From NCBI GenBank assembly GCA_030432155.1, contig JAUIHQ010000002.1, positions 1 to 51,250 of the forward strand: a DNA stretch of 51,250 nucleotides, written 5' to 3'. The notes under the pieces are model-generated. The model searched no databases, was not told where the DNA came from, and saw only the letters and a list, made by a program, of their open reading frames with translations. A program made the position numbers and the translations under genes. Within the stretch, counting starts at the first letter, position 1, and every line of letters starts with the position of its first letter. Positions 1 to 8,773 of this stretch are shown here, piece by piece. This DNA comes from a bacterium (GTDB lineage Bacteria > Verrucomicrobiota > Kiritimatiellia > CAIVKH01).

Positions 1-619
1 CAGAGAGGGCACCGCCGATCCGCTCCCATTGCAGCCTTCGTTGACCTGCTTCGCGAAGCGGGCTCGATGCCGCTGTGGCGACGTCGACGTCGGTGCTTTC
101 TGTGGTCACGTCTGCGCCTGTGCCGTCGGCAACTGCGGCGTGGTGTTGGTTGTCTATTGGCAACTGTGGTGCTGTGGTGCCATTGCTCTGTGAGGCGGTC
201 TGCCGTTTGCTGGCTTTGACCCGCCGCAGGGCGAAGAGCTCCAGCCCCAGGTAGCTGGCGAAGAAAAAGATCGCCGAGATGATGGCAAATTCAGACAGCT
301 TGACGGTGCCAAGGCCCGGCACTTTCAGGAAGAAGCGGTTGTGAACCAGCGGCGGCACGAGAACGCCGAGGAGAGGGACGATGCCCAGCAGCATTAGCGT
401 GAGATAGAAGGTGCGGAGGCTGCGTCTTCGAGCTGGGTGGTGGGCGTTGCGGCGCCACTCCCAGCGCAGCAGCGCGCCAAAGGCAAAGAGGACCAGTAGC
501 GGCGCGCCTGCAGTCATCGATTGGAAGGCCCAGGCCAGCACCGCCGCCGCCAGCAAGACCAGCAGCGCCGTAGCCACAAAGCCATGAGAAGTGCGGCGTC
601 TGATCGACGCCAAGGACCC
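1..619 (-). CDS. Polytopic membrane protein segment running off the left edge; probably the frameshifted continuation of the DUF2157-like gene. Not in the supplied ORF track.
   Basis: Hand translation of the minus frame is open from the stop at 620-622 to position 1. It reads ...SHGFVATALLVLLAAAVLAWAFQSMTAGAPLLVLFAFGALLRWEW...LTLMLLGIVPLLGVLVPPLVHNRFFLKVPGLGTVKLSEFAIISAIFFFASYLGLELFALRRVK..., with several clear TM helices. Confidence 0.5.
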
Positions 620-1337
620 TCACGCCCTGAGGCTTGATCGGTCGAAGTCGTCGGTACCATCGCCCGATGGCATCCACGGCTGCGCCGATGATCGGCCAGC
701 TTGCCAGGGTGTCCCAGAGCTTTTTCAGGCCATCTTGTGGCCACGCAAAGACCGCCAAAAACAACCAGGCTCCGACCAGAGACCACAGCAGCTGACGGTA
801 GAGAAAGCCATTGTAATTCAGGCCCTGACTGGCTAACGACAAGGTCGCCACCACGTATAGCCCGAGGCCGTTCAAGAAGAGGGCGATGGGCAGGGTCAGG
901 ACGGCCCAGGTCAACAGGAACGTATCGAACGACGCCGGCATGTGATAGGTCTGCGCAATCAAGGCGATGGATGACGCCACCATCAGCGACCAGAAAAGCC
1001 CCGCCGCCTCGCGCCAAGCCGCGGACGATGGATGCCGGAACAGCGCCATACCAGCGATCACCTGTGCGGAAACCAGGGGGAGAAACGAAAGAACCGTGCG
1101 TATCGGCCGCGAAAGGTCGGTCCAGTTGTACGCGAGAAGCAGGATGATGCCTCCGCCGATCAACAGGACTCCGATCGTACCAAACAACGCCATCAGGATC
1201 CTGCGGCCCCGGTCGGCGGACGCGACATCCACTGCGGGATACTCCTTGAGGATGCTGTCTCCCTGGTCCGACGTGATCAAGCCCCGCTCCACCCACTGCG
1301 GTACCTGTCCCTTAAGCCATTGAACTGGTTGCTTCAT
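291..1337 (-). CDS. DUF2157-like integral membrane protein; the C-terminal third of this frame looks non-coding.
   Basis: ATG at 1337 (MKQPVQWLKGQVPQWVERGLITSDQGDSILKEY) is followed by about 6 TM helices, as in DUF2157. After about aa 260 the frame becomes a G/A/P/R-rich low-complexity tail, while another frame carries TM helices. Confidence 0.55.
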   Translation of the reverse strand: MKQPVQWLKGQVPQWVERGLITSDQGDSILKEYPAVDVASADRGRRILMALFGTIGVLLIGGGIILLLAYNWTDLSRPIRTVLSFLPLVSAQVIAGMALFRHPSSAAWREAAGLFWSLMVASSIALIAQTYHMPASFDTFLLTWAVLTLPIALFLNGLGLYVVATLSLASQGLNYNGFLYRQLLWSLVGAWLFLAVFAWPQDGLKKLWDTLASWPIIGAAVDAIGRWYRRLRPIKPQGVRVLGVDQTPHFSWLCGYGAAGLAGGGGAGLGLPIDDCRRAATGPLCLWRAAALGVAPQRPPPSSKTQPPHLLSHANAAGHRPSPRRSRAAAGSQPLLPESAGPWHRQAV

Positions 1338-1537
1338 CGGTTCTCCTCCAATGTCGTATTGACACGAACGTTTAACGCAGACTCCGTGCCACTGCCTCGA
1401 CAACAAGCCAACCCCTTAACCCTTTGATTCATAACGCGTAACATCACAACGCAAATCACCTGTCACCATATCGACCATGTCTTGTGTTCATTTTATGCAT
1501 ATTTGTGTACATGAAATGAACATTGTCATGCATCTCG

Positions 1538-2752
1538 TCACAAGCGGTCGAAGCTTGTCATTTCGGTCAGAAGTGCCTGTCCCCGGGTCAGAACCGGGTC
1601 GTTTCGGGGAAATGTACCGGTTGGTTTCCGGTTGAGAAGAGAGCGCATATCCTCTTCCGTGACATCAACGATGTGGGCGGGCTCGATGCCTTCGCCGGTA
1701 ATGGGCGTACCGTCCGGCGTCAGCCAAGTTCCCGCGGTCAGGACCATCACCAGATCCTGGTTGAGGGGGATCATCCTCGTGACCGGGACCATACCGGGAG
1801 TGACCGATCCGACGGAATTGATGCGGGCGGCGGCCTTCAGGCCCGCCGCGAGCAGTTCACCCGATCCCGAGGTCGTCTGATCGAACAATACCACCATCGG
1901 GAGCATAGGATAGACCGGCGGTGACACGGTCAGCAACGAGTCCCGAACCTTGTCCCCCGCAGCCTGCACCGCCAGCACCGTCCCCTCCCCGACAAACAGT
2001 GACGCAACCTGGCGAACGGCCTGTATATCGAGACCGCCGGTCAACCGCAGATCCAGCAATACGCCTTCAAGCTGTCGGTCAAGGCGATGAAGTTCATGCT
2101 CGATGCACATGGCGGTGGTATGATCCCACCGCTCGATGACCACCCGGGCAAACCCTGACGTCCGGTCATACTCAACCCGGCAGGCATCGCTGCCCGGCTC
2201 GCAGGGAGCAACGACAAAGGAATGCTCTTCACCGGTGGCAGGCCGATACACCCGTAGATGCAGGTTTTCGCTGTCGATGTTGCGAATCAGACGGAGCACC
2301 TCAGGCAGGAACATGGTCTCGACTTTTTTTCGATTAACAGCCTGCACGAGATCACCCGGAAGGAGACCGGATGAGGCTGCCGGAGATCCGGGCAGGATCC
2401 GCTGGATAAGCACCACGCCACGGCGGCGGGCCAGATCGATGCCCCATGCCGGGAGAGCGAGGTAGGATCCATCCTGCATGTAGGGCAGTTCATCCTGGTG
2501 CAACACCGTGGACCAGGGGTCGAGGTTGGCCACCATGCCGGCAAGGGCATTGGATACAAGGTGGTGCGTTTCCGCCCGCTCGGGATTGACATAGTAGTCC
2601 TGGATGGTCCCCACCGTGCCCCTGAGGTAACGGATCATCTGCTTCCGCTCCAGCTCATCGGGGTCGACACCGCGGTCGCGGCATGAGAACCATGCGGCAA
2701 GCACAAGTATCAGCAGGGTCAGGATGCGGATCAGCACCATCATCCCCGTCAC
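1538..2752 (-). CDS. S41 family C-terminal processing peptidase-like protein with TM anchor and PDZ domain.
   Basis: TM anchor MMVLIRILTLLILVLAAWF, PDZ-like LPGSPAASSGLLPGDLVQAVN, and S41 core VVLFDQTTSGSGELLAAGLK...VGSVTPGMVPVT. GTG at 2752 overlaps the upstream stop (GTGA); alternative ATG at 2743. Confidence 0.8.
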   Translation of the reverse strand: MTGMMVLIRILTLLILVLAAWFSCRDRGVDPDELERKQMIRYLRGTVGTIQDYYVNPERAETHHLVSNALAGMVANLDPWSTVLHQDELPYMQDGSYLALPAWGIDLARRRGVVLIQRILPGSPAASSGLLPGDLVQAVNRKKVETMFLPEVLRLIRNIDSENLHLRVYRPATGEEHSFVVAPCEPGSDACRVEYDRTSGFARVVIERWDHTTAMCIEHELHRLDRQLEGVLLDLRLTGGLDIQAVRQVASLFVGEGTVLAVQAAGDKVRDSLLTVSPPVYPMLPMVVLFDQTTSGSGELLAAGLKAAARINSVGSVTPGMVPVTRMIPLNQDLVMVLTAGTWLTPDGTPITGEGIEPAHIVDVTEEDMRSLLNRKPTGTFPRNDPVLTRGQALLTEMTSFDRL

Positions 2753-3138
2753 CCGAGCTTTTTGAAACGACCGGGAAATCCCGCGGGGACTTCATACACG
2801 AAACCGGAGGCCATGGCCGACGGCTGTTCCCGCACCCGATCGAACCAGCACATGAGCATCCAGGCCTGGTCCCACAGCGGAAGGCCCAGCCAGTCGGGGG
2901 AAAGAAGGAGGACGGGACACCCGCACTGTTTCCAGGCTTCGAGCCGGTGAGGATTGTTGCGGATGTCCGGATCCACGCCGATCAGGATCGCTCCATCCGC
3001 CGCGGCCAGCCAGTCGCGGTCGGGCAGAACACCGTGTACCCGGTCACGAACCGATTCCACCCGATCGTCGGGGCGCACCAGTTCCCGGAGCGAACGGGCC
3101 ATCCGGGGCGGAAGCGAACGGTCGAGAAGCACGTTCAT
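2749..3138 (-). CDS. PIN-like (DUF5615/COG4634-type) putative toxin.
   Basis: 129 aa from ATG 3138; the ORF-track extension to 3345 is unsupported. MNVLLDRSLPPRMARSLRELV...PDRDWL...ILIGVDPDIRNN fits the acidic-residue pattern of DUF5615 PIN-like proteins. ATGA overlap with the upstream DUF433 gene. Confidence 0.6.
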   Translation of the reverse strand: MNVLLDRSLPPRMARSLRELVRPDDRVESVRDRVHGVLPDRDWLAAADGAILIGVDPDIRNNPHRLEAWKQCGCPVLLLSPDWLGLPLWDQAWMLMCWFDRVREQPSAMASGFVYEVPAGFPGRFKKLG

Positions 3139-3830
3139 GTGAGAAGTCCTTCCTCGAACCGGCAGGCATCCAGCACTGCTTCCACCGATGTTTCGTACCA
3201 GCCCGCAATCTCGGTATGATCGTACCCCTGCAGCGCAGCCGCCTGGAGTACCGAGGTGGGAATGCCTTCGTCGGCGGTTACGGGCCGCCCGAACGACCGC
3301 AGGGGATCCAGCACAACCCGGCGGCTGCGCCCCAGCGGCCACCACCGGACCACGCCCTCGCCGTCGTCAAACTCCAGCTCTTCCCGGAGCGGCGCCGTGG
3401 TTTCGGCAAACAACTGCTGTTGCGATTCCAGATCCACCACGTTGGCGCGGCCGGTCGACTCCATCATCTCCAGCACAAGATGCCCGCCGTCGCTGCGAAA
3501 CCGGTTCGTACAGAAGGGATGGGTCAGACCGAACTGTTCCCGGGCCTGGGCCTGGGCATGACGGATCTTCTGCCAGGAGACGCCGAGGTCGAGGAATGCA
3601 TCGAGAAACCGCATCTCCACCAGGTCGCGGAACGACACGGCAAGACGTCCGGCGCATTCCGGCAGCGAGCCTTCCCAAACCGGCGGGACGTCGTGACGCT
3701 TCCCGTCTTTCCGGTAGGAGTATCCCTGCAGCCATCGCCGGATACGGCTCTCGGAAATCCCGGTCAGTCTCGAGGCGCCGGGAATGGTATACACCCCGGA
3801 TTCCAGCCACCGTACATGGGGGTCATTCAT
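3135..3830 (-). CDS. DUF433 (COG2442) domain protein, long form with an N-terminal HTH-like region; putative antitoxin.
   Basis: The C-terminus GRPVTADEGIPTSVLQAAALQGYDHTEIAGWYETSVEAVLDACRFEE is DUF433-like. The N-terminus GASRLTGISESRIRRWL is HTH-like. ATGA overlaps at both ends. Confidence 0.65.
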   Translation of the reverse strand: MNDPHVRWLESGVYTIPGASRLTGISESRIRRWLQGYSYRKDGKRHDVPPVWEGSLPECAGRLAVSFRDLVEMRFLDAFLDLGVSWQKIRHAQAQAREQFGLTHPFCTNRFRSDGGHLVLEMMESTGRANVVDLESQQQLFAETTAPLREELEFDDGEGVVRWWPLGRSRRVVLDPLRSFGRPVTADEGIPTSVLQAAALQGYDHTEIAGWYETSVEAVLDACRFEEGLLT

Positions 3831-5146
3831 GACGCCCTGATTGTAGCACCGGCGGCCGAACGTTCACTTCTTTTCCGAAGCGGCAGCCACGACAGAATCC
3901 ATGCTGCGCCCATCCCGGCCAGGATAGCATAAAGGACATCGGCCATGGCCATGCCCTCCGCAACCGCCGCCTGCAATGAAGGCTCGGACATCATGATCAT
4001 GGCAAACATCACCGGCCCGAACAGCAGGGCCATGACCAGCCATAGAACCGTCAACCGCCGCCGTCCAGGGTACAGCGCGGCCGCAACAAGCCCGACCACC
4101 GAAAACGCGGCGAGGAAGGGGAAGAACGGCCACTGCTTCGCCATCAGCACCCGCCACGCATCAAACACGGAATACCATCGGTGCTGTTCGGATAGAAAGA
4201 CCGACAGGTTGCACGCGGTGTCGGCGGGAAAGATACGGCCATGCATGATATCCGCCATCTGCCCCGACACCATCGGCCATCCCCCGGCCGCCATGGTCAC
4301 GCCGTGCACCGACAACCCGACAAGGAACGCCACGGCCGCGAGCAACACAGTGTTGCGGAATCGCAGGTTCCAAAGAAACGCCGAGGCAAACAGCCACAGG
4401 CAGATCGCGATCGGCAACGCAAATGGATCGTCGAAGGGCGAGAAGGCCCATGCGGCAAGACCCAGCGCCAGCGCGCCGGCAAATGCGGAAGCATGAAGAA
4501 ACAACCGGGGACGAATCAGCAGCGTGGTAAGCGCCAGCACCGGCGCCAGGACACGGGCCGGAGGATACAGGACCGACATCCATCCGGCCACCAGGGCCAG
4601 TACGACAAATGTCATATTACTGCGCTCTTCGGTCCACCGGACCAGCAACCAAAGGAATAAAACCGTAAGGGCGGCATGAAGGGACGCATCGGATCCATCA
4701 CCCACGTGACCCAGTGTTCGCGCACCGATGACAAACAGAATGCCGGCGGCCCAGGATCCCGCCACCCGCGCCCAGGCCGGTTTCGCGGATCCCGCCACGG
4801 CACGATGTACGATCAGGCCGATCCCGCCGGCCGCCAGCGATGTCAGTACCGCCGCCAACCACGTACCGGCCGTTACCGCCTCCACCGAAACGCCGGCCCA
4901 TCCGGACACGGTCTGTACAGCGGCGACCAGCATGCCCCACAACGGGTTGTCATAAAGGAGGGGGCTGCCCGGCGATCCGGCCGGTCCTTCGCCGGCCGGC
5001 GAGAGCAGGGGCAGGGATATCCCGGACAGCATGGCGACCGTCGTCCCAATCCCGGCGGCAAACGGAACGAACCATGCCGCGACCGCCGTTCCGCGATGCC
5101 CCATCCCGTGTTGGTCACTCTTCATTGCGCTTTCATCCTGTGCCAT
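3827..5146 (-). CDS. Polytopic inner-membrane protein with 10 or more TM helices; function unknown (glycosyltransferase-C/DUF2723-like topology).
   Basis: Long hydrophobic ORF; its stop overlaps the ATG of the DUF433 gene (ATGA). Start is uncertain: TTG 5197, ATG 5146 (used here), or ATG 5125 preceded by AGGA. Confidence 0.6.
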   Translation of the reverse strand: MAQDESAMKSDQHGMGHRGTAVAAWFVPFAAGIGTTVAMLSGISLPLLSPAGEGPAGSPGSPLLYDNPLWGMLVAAVQTVSGWAGVSVEAVTAGTWLAAVLTSLAAGGIGLIVHRAVAGSAKPAWARVAGSWAAGILFVIGARTLGHVGDGSDASLHAALTVLFLWLLVRWTEERSNMTFVVLALVAGWMSVLYPPARVLAPVLALTTLLIRPRLFLHASAFAGALALGLAAWAFSPFDDPFALPIAICLWLFASAFLWNLRFRNTVLLAAVAFLVGLSVHGVTMAAGGWPMVSGQMADIMHGRIFPADTACNLSVFLSEQHRWYSVFDAWRVLMAKQWPFFPFLAAFSVVGLVAAALYPGRRRLTVLWLVMALLFGPVMFAMIMMSEPSLQAAVAEGMAMADVLYAILAGMGAAWILSWLPLRKRSERSAAGATIRAS

Positions 5147-5186
5147 TGCTTCACCCATGAAGTTCGTGCAGAGTACTCCACTGCTC

Positions 5187-6962
5187 ATGCGCAGCAAATC
5201 ACATAATCTTGCATCCTACCTGAAACCATACCGGTGGACGATCACCGCCGGAATTGCCTTTGTCGCCGGCTCCATCGGCATCGGCGTGCTGGCCATTCCC
5301 AAGCTGAACGGGCGGATCATCGACGGCCTGGAGCAACAGGCGTTCGACTGGCGCGGGCTGTCCGTTCTTGTCGCGATGTTCCTCGGGTCGGCGGTGTTGG
5401 GAACCCTGTTCTCGATCCTGATGCGCCGGTTGCTTCTGGGCATGTCACGACGGGTGGAACACGATATCCGGCGCGACACGTTCGCCCGGCTGACCGAGCT
5501 CGACACCGCGTACTTCCACAAAGAATACACCGGCGACATCATGACGCGGATGACCTCGGACCTGAACTCTGTCCGGGAGTTCATCGGCCAGGGTTGCCTC
5601 CAGGGGGCGCGAATCGCCCTCGGCTTCCCCATCGCTCTCACCGTGATGTTCCTCGAGAATGTGCTGCTGGCGCTGACCATTCTCGCCATCATTCCCGTCA
5701 TCAGCATTGTCTTCTTTTTCGTCATCCGGATGGTCCGGTCCCGGTACGACGCGGTGCAGGAGCAGTTCTCGGTCATCACCACGTACTGCCAGGAAATGTT
5801 CGGGGGCTTCCGCACGATCAAGGGCTTCGGCATCGAGACGCGCGCCCGCTCCCGCTTCCGCATGCTGAACGAGGAATTCATCCGCCGCAACATGGCCCTG
5901 ACCCGGATCGAGGAACCGGTGTGGCCTTTCATGATGCTCATGTTCGGCGTCAGTACGCTGCTGCTGCTGCTCGTCGGGGGCACGTTGATTATCCGCGAGC
6001 GCATCACCATCGGAACGCTGATCGAGTTCAACTATTATATGTTCTTCCTGCAATGGCCGATGCTGGCCCTGGGATGGACGTCGAATATGATCCAGCGCGG
6101 CCTCGCGAGCTGGAAGCGGATTCGGGCGATCATGGATGCCGAACCGAACATCAAGGACGGGGCCATGACAGACCCTTCGATTGACCAGGCCGACGGCGAT
6201 ATCGTGTTCAACGACGTCTCGCTTCATATCGACGGCGCCGACCTGCTTCACCCTTTTTCCCTGACCATTCCCCGCGGGCAATGTGTCGCGATCACCGGTC
6301 CGACAGGCAGCGGGAAGACGCTGCTGGTCTCGCTGATCATGCGCCTGATGGATCCCACCTCCGGGCAGGTATCTATCGGTGGCCGGGACCTTCGCACGAT
6401 CCCGCTGAAAACGCTGCGGCAGTCCATCGGGGTCGCCCCGCAGGAGCCCTTCCTGTTTTCCGACACCCTTGCCAACAATATCGCATTTGGCCTCCCCGCG
6501 GAGAATCCGGATTCCATGGCGATGCACGGGGAGAAAATCAACTGGGCCTCGACCGTCGCGCACCTTCACGAGGATGTTGAAGGATTCCCGCGGAAGTATG
6601 AAACGCTGGTCGGGGAACGGGGCGTGACCCTGTCCGGCGGCCAGCGCCAGCGGACGGCGATCGGACGGGCCCTTGCCGTCCAGCCCAACATCCTGATTCT
6701 CGACGATGTCTTTTCCGCGGTGGATACCCAGACCGAGGCGGCGATTCTCCGGCAGCTCCTCCCCGTGCTCAGGGGGCGGACGTCAATCCTGATCAGCCAT
6801 CGCGTCTCGACCCTGAAACATGCCGACCGCATCCTCGTCATGGAGGACGGCCGCATCGTGGAGGACGGAACTCACGGCGAGCTGGTCCGGCAGGACGGGT
6901 ACTACCGCGAACTCGATGAGATGCAACGGCTGGAAGCGCGACTCGAGGAGGATCCGGCATGA
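5187..6962 (+). CDS. ABC exporter permease/ATPase, subunit 1 of a heterodimer (degenerate Walker B).
   Basis: N-terminus MRSKSHNLASYLKPYRW, six-TM domain, Walker A GPTGSGKT, signature LSGGQRQR, Walker B ILILDDVFSAVD (Asp replaces the catalytic Glu), H-loop ILISHR. Confidence 0.9.
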   Translation: MRSKSHNLASYLKPYRWTITAGIAFVAGSIGIGVLAIPKLNGRIIDGLEQQAFDWRGLSVLVAMFLGSAVLGTLFSILMRRLLLGMSRRVEHDIRRDTFARLTELDTAYFHKEYTGDIMTRMTSDLNSVREFIGQGCLQGARIALGFPIALTVMFLENVLLALTILAIIPVISIVFFFVIRMVRSRYDAVQEQFSVITTYCQEMFGGFRTIKGFGIETRARSRFRMLNEEFIRRNMALTRIEEPVWPFMMLMFGVSTLLLLLVGGTLIIRERITIGTLIEFNYYMFFLQWPMLALGWTSNMIQRGLASWKRIRAIMDAEPNIKDGAMTDPSIDQADGDIVFNDVSLHIDGADLLHPFSLTIPRGQCVAITGPTGSGKTLLVSLIMRLMDPTSGQVSIGGRDLRTIPLKTLRQSIGVAPQEPFLFSDTLANNIAFGLPAENPDSMAMHGEKINWASTVAHLHEDVEGFPRKYETLVGERGVTLSGGQRQRTAIGRALAVQPNILILDDVFSAVDTQTEAAILRQLLPVLRGRTSILISHRVSTLKHADRILVMEDGRIVEDGTHGELVRQDGYYRELDEMQRLEARLEEDPA

Positions 6963-8773
6963 TTGATCATCTCGAGTCCGACATTCCGGCCCGGCTGTTC
7001 GACCGGGGATTGATGGCGAAACTTCTGCGCTATGTCCGGCCCTACCGCCTGCAGATGGGGATCGCCATGCTTCTCAGCATACCCATGACCCTGCTGATGA
7101 ACTACCTTCCCCTGCTGATTGCGAGGGCAATTGATGACTACATCCGGGAGACCGGGGCCGCCCTCACGCCCGACGAACGGCTGGGCGGGCTGTACCATAC
7201 CGCCGGTCTCTACCTCGCTGTGGCGGCGGGGGCCATGGTATTCCGCTTCGGCCAGGGGTACCTGATGTCGTGGGTCGGGCAGCACATCATCTATGACATG
7301 CGTGCCGATATTTTCGGCAAGATCATGCGGTTGCCGCTGCGCTTTGTGGACCGCAACCCGGTGGGACGGCTGCTCACACGGATCGGTTCGGATGTGGATG
7401 CGATGCAGAGGATGCTGACCGACGGCCTGGTCGGCCTCATCGCCGATCTCGTGACCATCATCGGCATCGTCGGTTACATGATCTACCTCAGCCCCCGCCT
7501 CGCCTCGATTCTGCTCATCCTGATCCCGGTTCTCCTCGTGACCCTCACCTGGCTGAACGGCAAGGTGCGCAAGGCGCATCGCGAAGAGCGCAAACGCCGG
7601 TCGGCCCTGAACTCGTATCTTCAGGAAATGATCACCGGCATGCAGACCATCCAGTTGTTCAACCGGGAGGGCCGAACCAATGCCCGGTTCGCCGAGTACA
7701 ACCGGTACCTGCTGGATGCCCTGCTCCGCACGGTGAAGTGGTTCAGTTATTCCTTCCCGGCCACGGAAATCCTGAACGCGGTGACACTGTCGATGGTCCT
7801 GATGGCCGGGGGCTACATGGCGTTGAACGGTATCGGCGGCATCGAGAGCGGGGTGCTGGTGGCCTACATATATTACCTGAAGGATTTCTTCCGCCCTCTC
7901 GAGGATCTATCGGAAAAATCGAACGTCCTCCAATCGGCCATGGCCTCGGCGGAGCGGGTCTTCGACCTTCTCGGGCAGGATGAGGAAATCCATGATCCCC
8001 TGGACCCGGTCGCCATCGATACTTTCCGCGGCGAGGTGGAATTCGACCACGTGTGGTTTGCCTATCAGGATGAAGACTGGGTGCTTCAGGATGTCTCGTT
8101 CCGCATCCGGCCCGGCGAGTCCATCGCGTTTGTGGGAGCGACGGGCGCCGGCAAATCCACGATCATCAGCCTCATCGCCCGGTTTTACGACGTACAGCGG
8201 GGCTCGGTGAAGGTCGACGGCCGGGACGTGCGGGACTACAACCAGTCCGAGCTTCGCCGACGCATCGGGATTGTTCTCCAGGATCCTTTTATCTTCTCGG
8301 GCACGCTGGCCGAGAACATCACCCTTCATAATCCCGCGGTAACGCGGGAGACGGTTGTCGAGTCCTCGCGCTACGTAAACGCCTCTCGGTTCATCGAAAC
8401 CCGCGAGGGCGGATACGACGGGCAGGTGATGGAACGCGGGGCCGGCCTTTCCACCGGGCAGAAACAGCTCCTCGCCCTCGCCCGCGCACTTTCCCAGAAT
8501 CCGGACATCCTGCTGATCCTCGACGAAGCGACCGCGAACGTGGATACGGAAACGGAGATGCTGATCCAGGACGCCCTGAAAAAACTGATGCGCAACCGCA
8601 CCAGCATCATTATCGCCCACCGGCTCTCGACGATCCGCGATGTGAACCGTATCTTTGTCATGCGCCACGGCCGGATCGAGGAGGAGGGATCGCACCGCGA
8701 GCTGCTGGCGAGGAATGGCTATTACCGCCGTCTGTATGACCTGCTGTCCCATGAACCGGGAGCGCACGCATGA
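6959..8773 (+). CDS. ABC exporter permease/ATPase, subunit 2 of a heterodimer (canonical Walker B, variant signature).
   Basis: ATGA overlap with subunit 1. Walker A GATGAGKST, signature LSTGQKQ, Walker B LLILDEATANVD, H-loop IIIAHR. Confidence 0.9.
   Translation: MIDHLESDIPARLFDRGLMAKLLRYVRPYRLQMGIAMLLSIPMTLLMNYLPLLIARAIDDYIRETGAALTPDERLGGLYHTAGLYLAVAAGAMVFRFGQGYLMSWVGQHIIYDMRADIFGKIMRLPLRFVDRNPVGRLLTRIGSDVDAMQRMLTDGLVGLIADLVTIIGIVGYMIYLSPRLASILLILIPVLLVTLTWLNGKVRKAHREERKRRSALNSYLQEMITGMQTIQLFNREGRTNARFAEYNRYLLDALLRTVKWFSYSFPATEILNAVTLSMVLMAGGYMALNGIGGIESGVLVAYIYYLKDFFRPLEDLSEKSNVLQSAMASAERVFDLLGQDEEIHDPLDPVAIDTFRGEVEFDHVWFAYQDEDWVLQDVSFRIRPGESIAFVGATGAGKSTIISLIARFYDVQRGSVKVDGRDVRDYNQSELRRRIGIVLQDPFIFSGTLAENITLHNPAVTRETVVESSRYVNASRFIETREGGYDGQVMERGAGLSTGQKQLLALARALSQNPDILLILDEATANVDTETEMLIQDALKKLMRNRTSIIIAHRLSTIRDVNRIFVMRHGRIEEEGSHRELLARNGYYRRLYDLLSHEPGAHA

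Noticed and set aside
5445-6569. 374-aa and 271-aa minus-strand ORFs (and the 316-aa plus-strand alternate frame) inside the first ABC exporter gene.
   Set aside because: The Walker A/B and signature motifs define the real frame. The alternatives are shadow ORFs.
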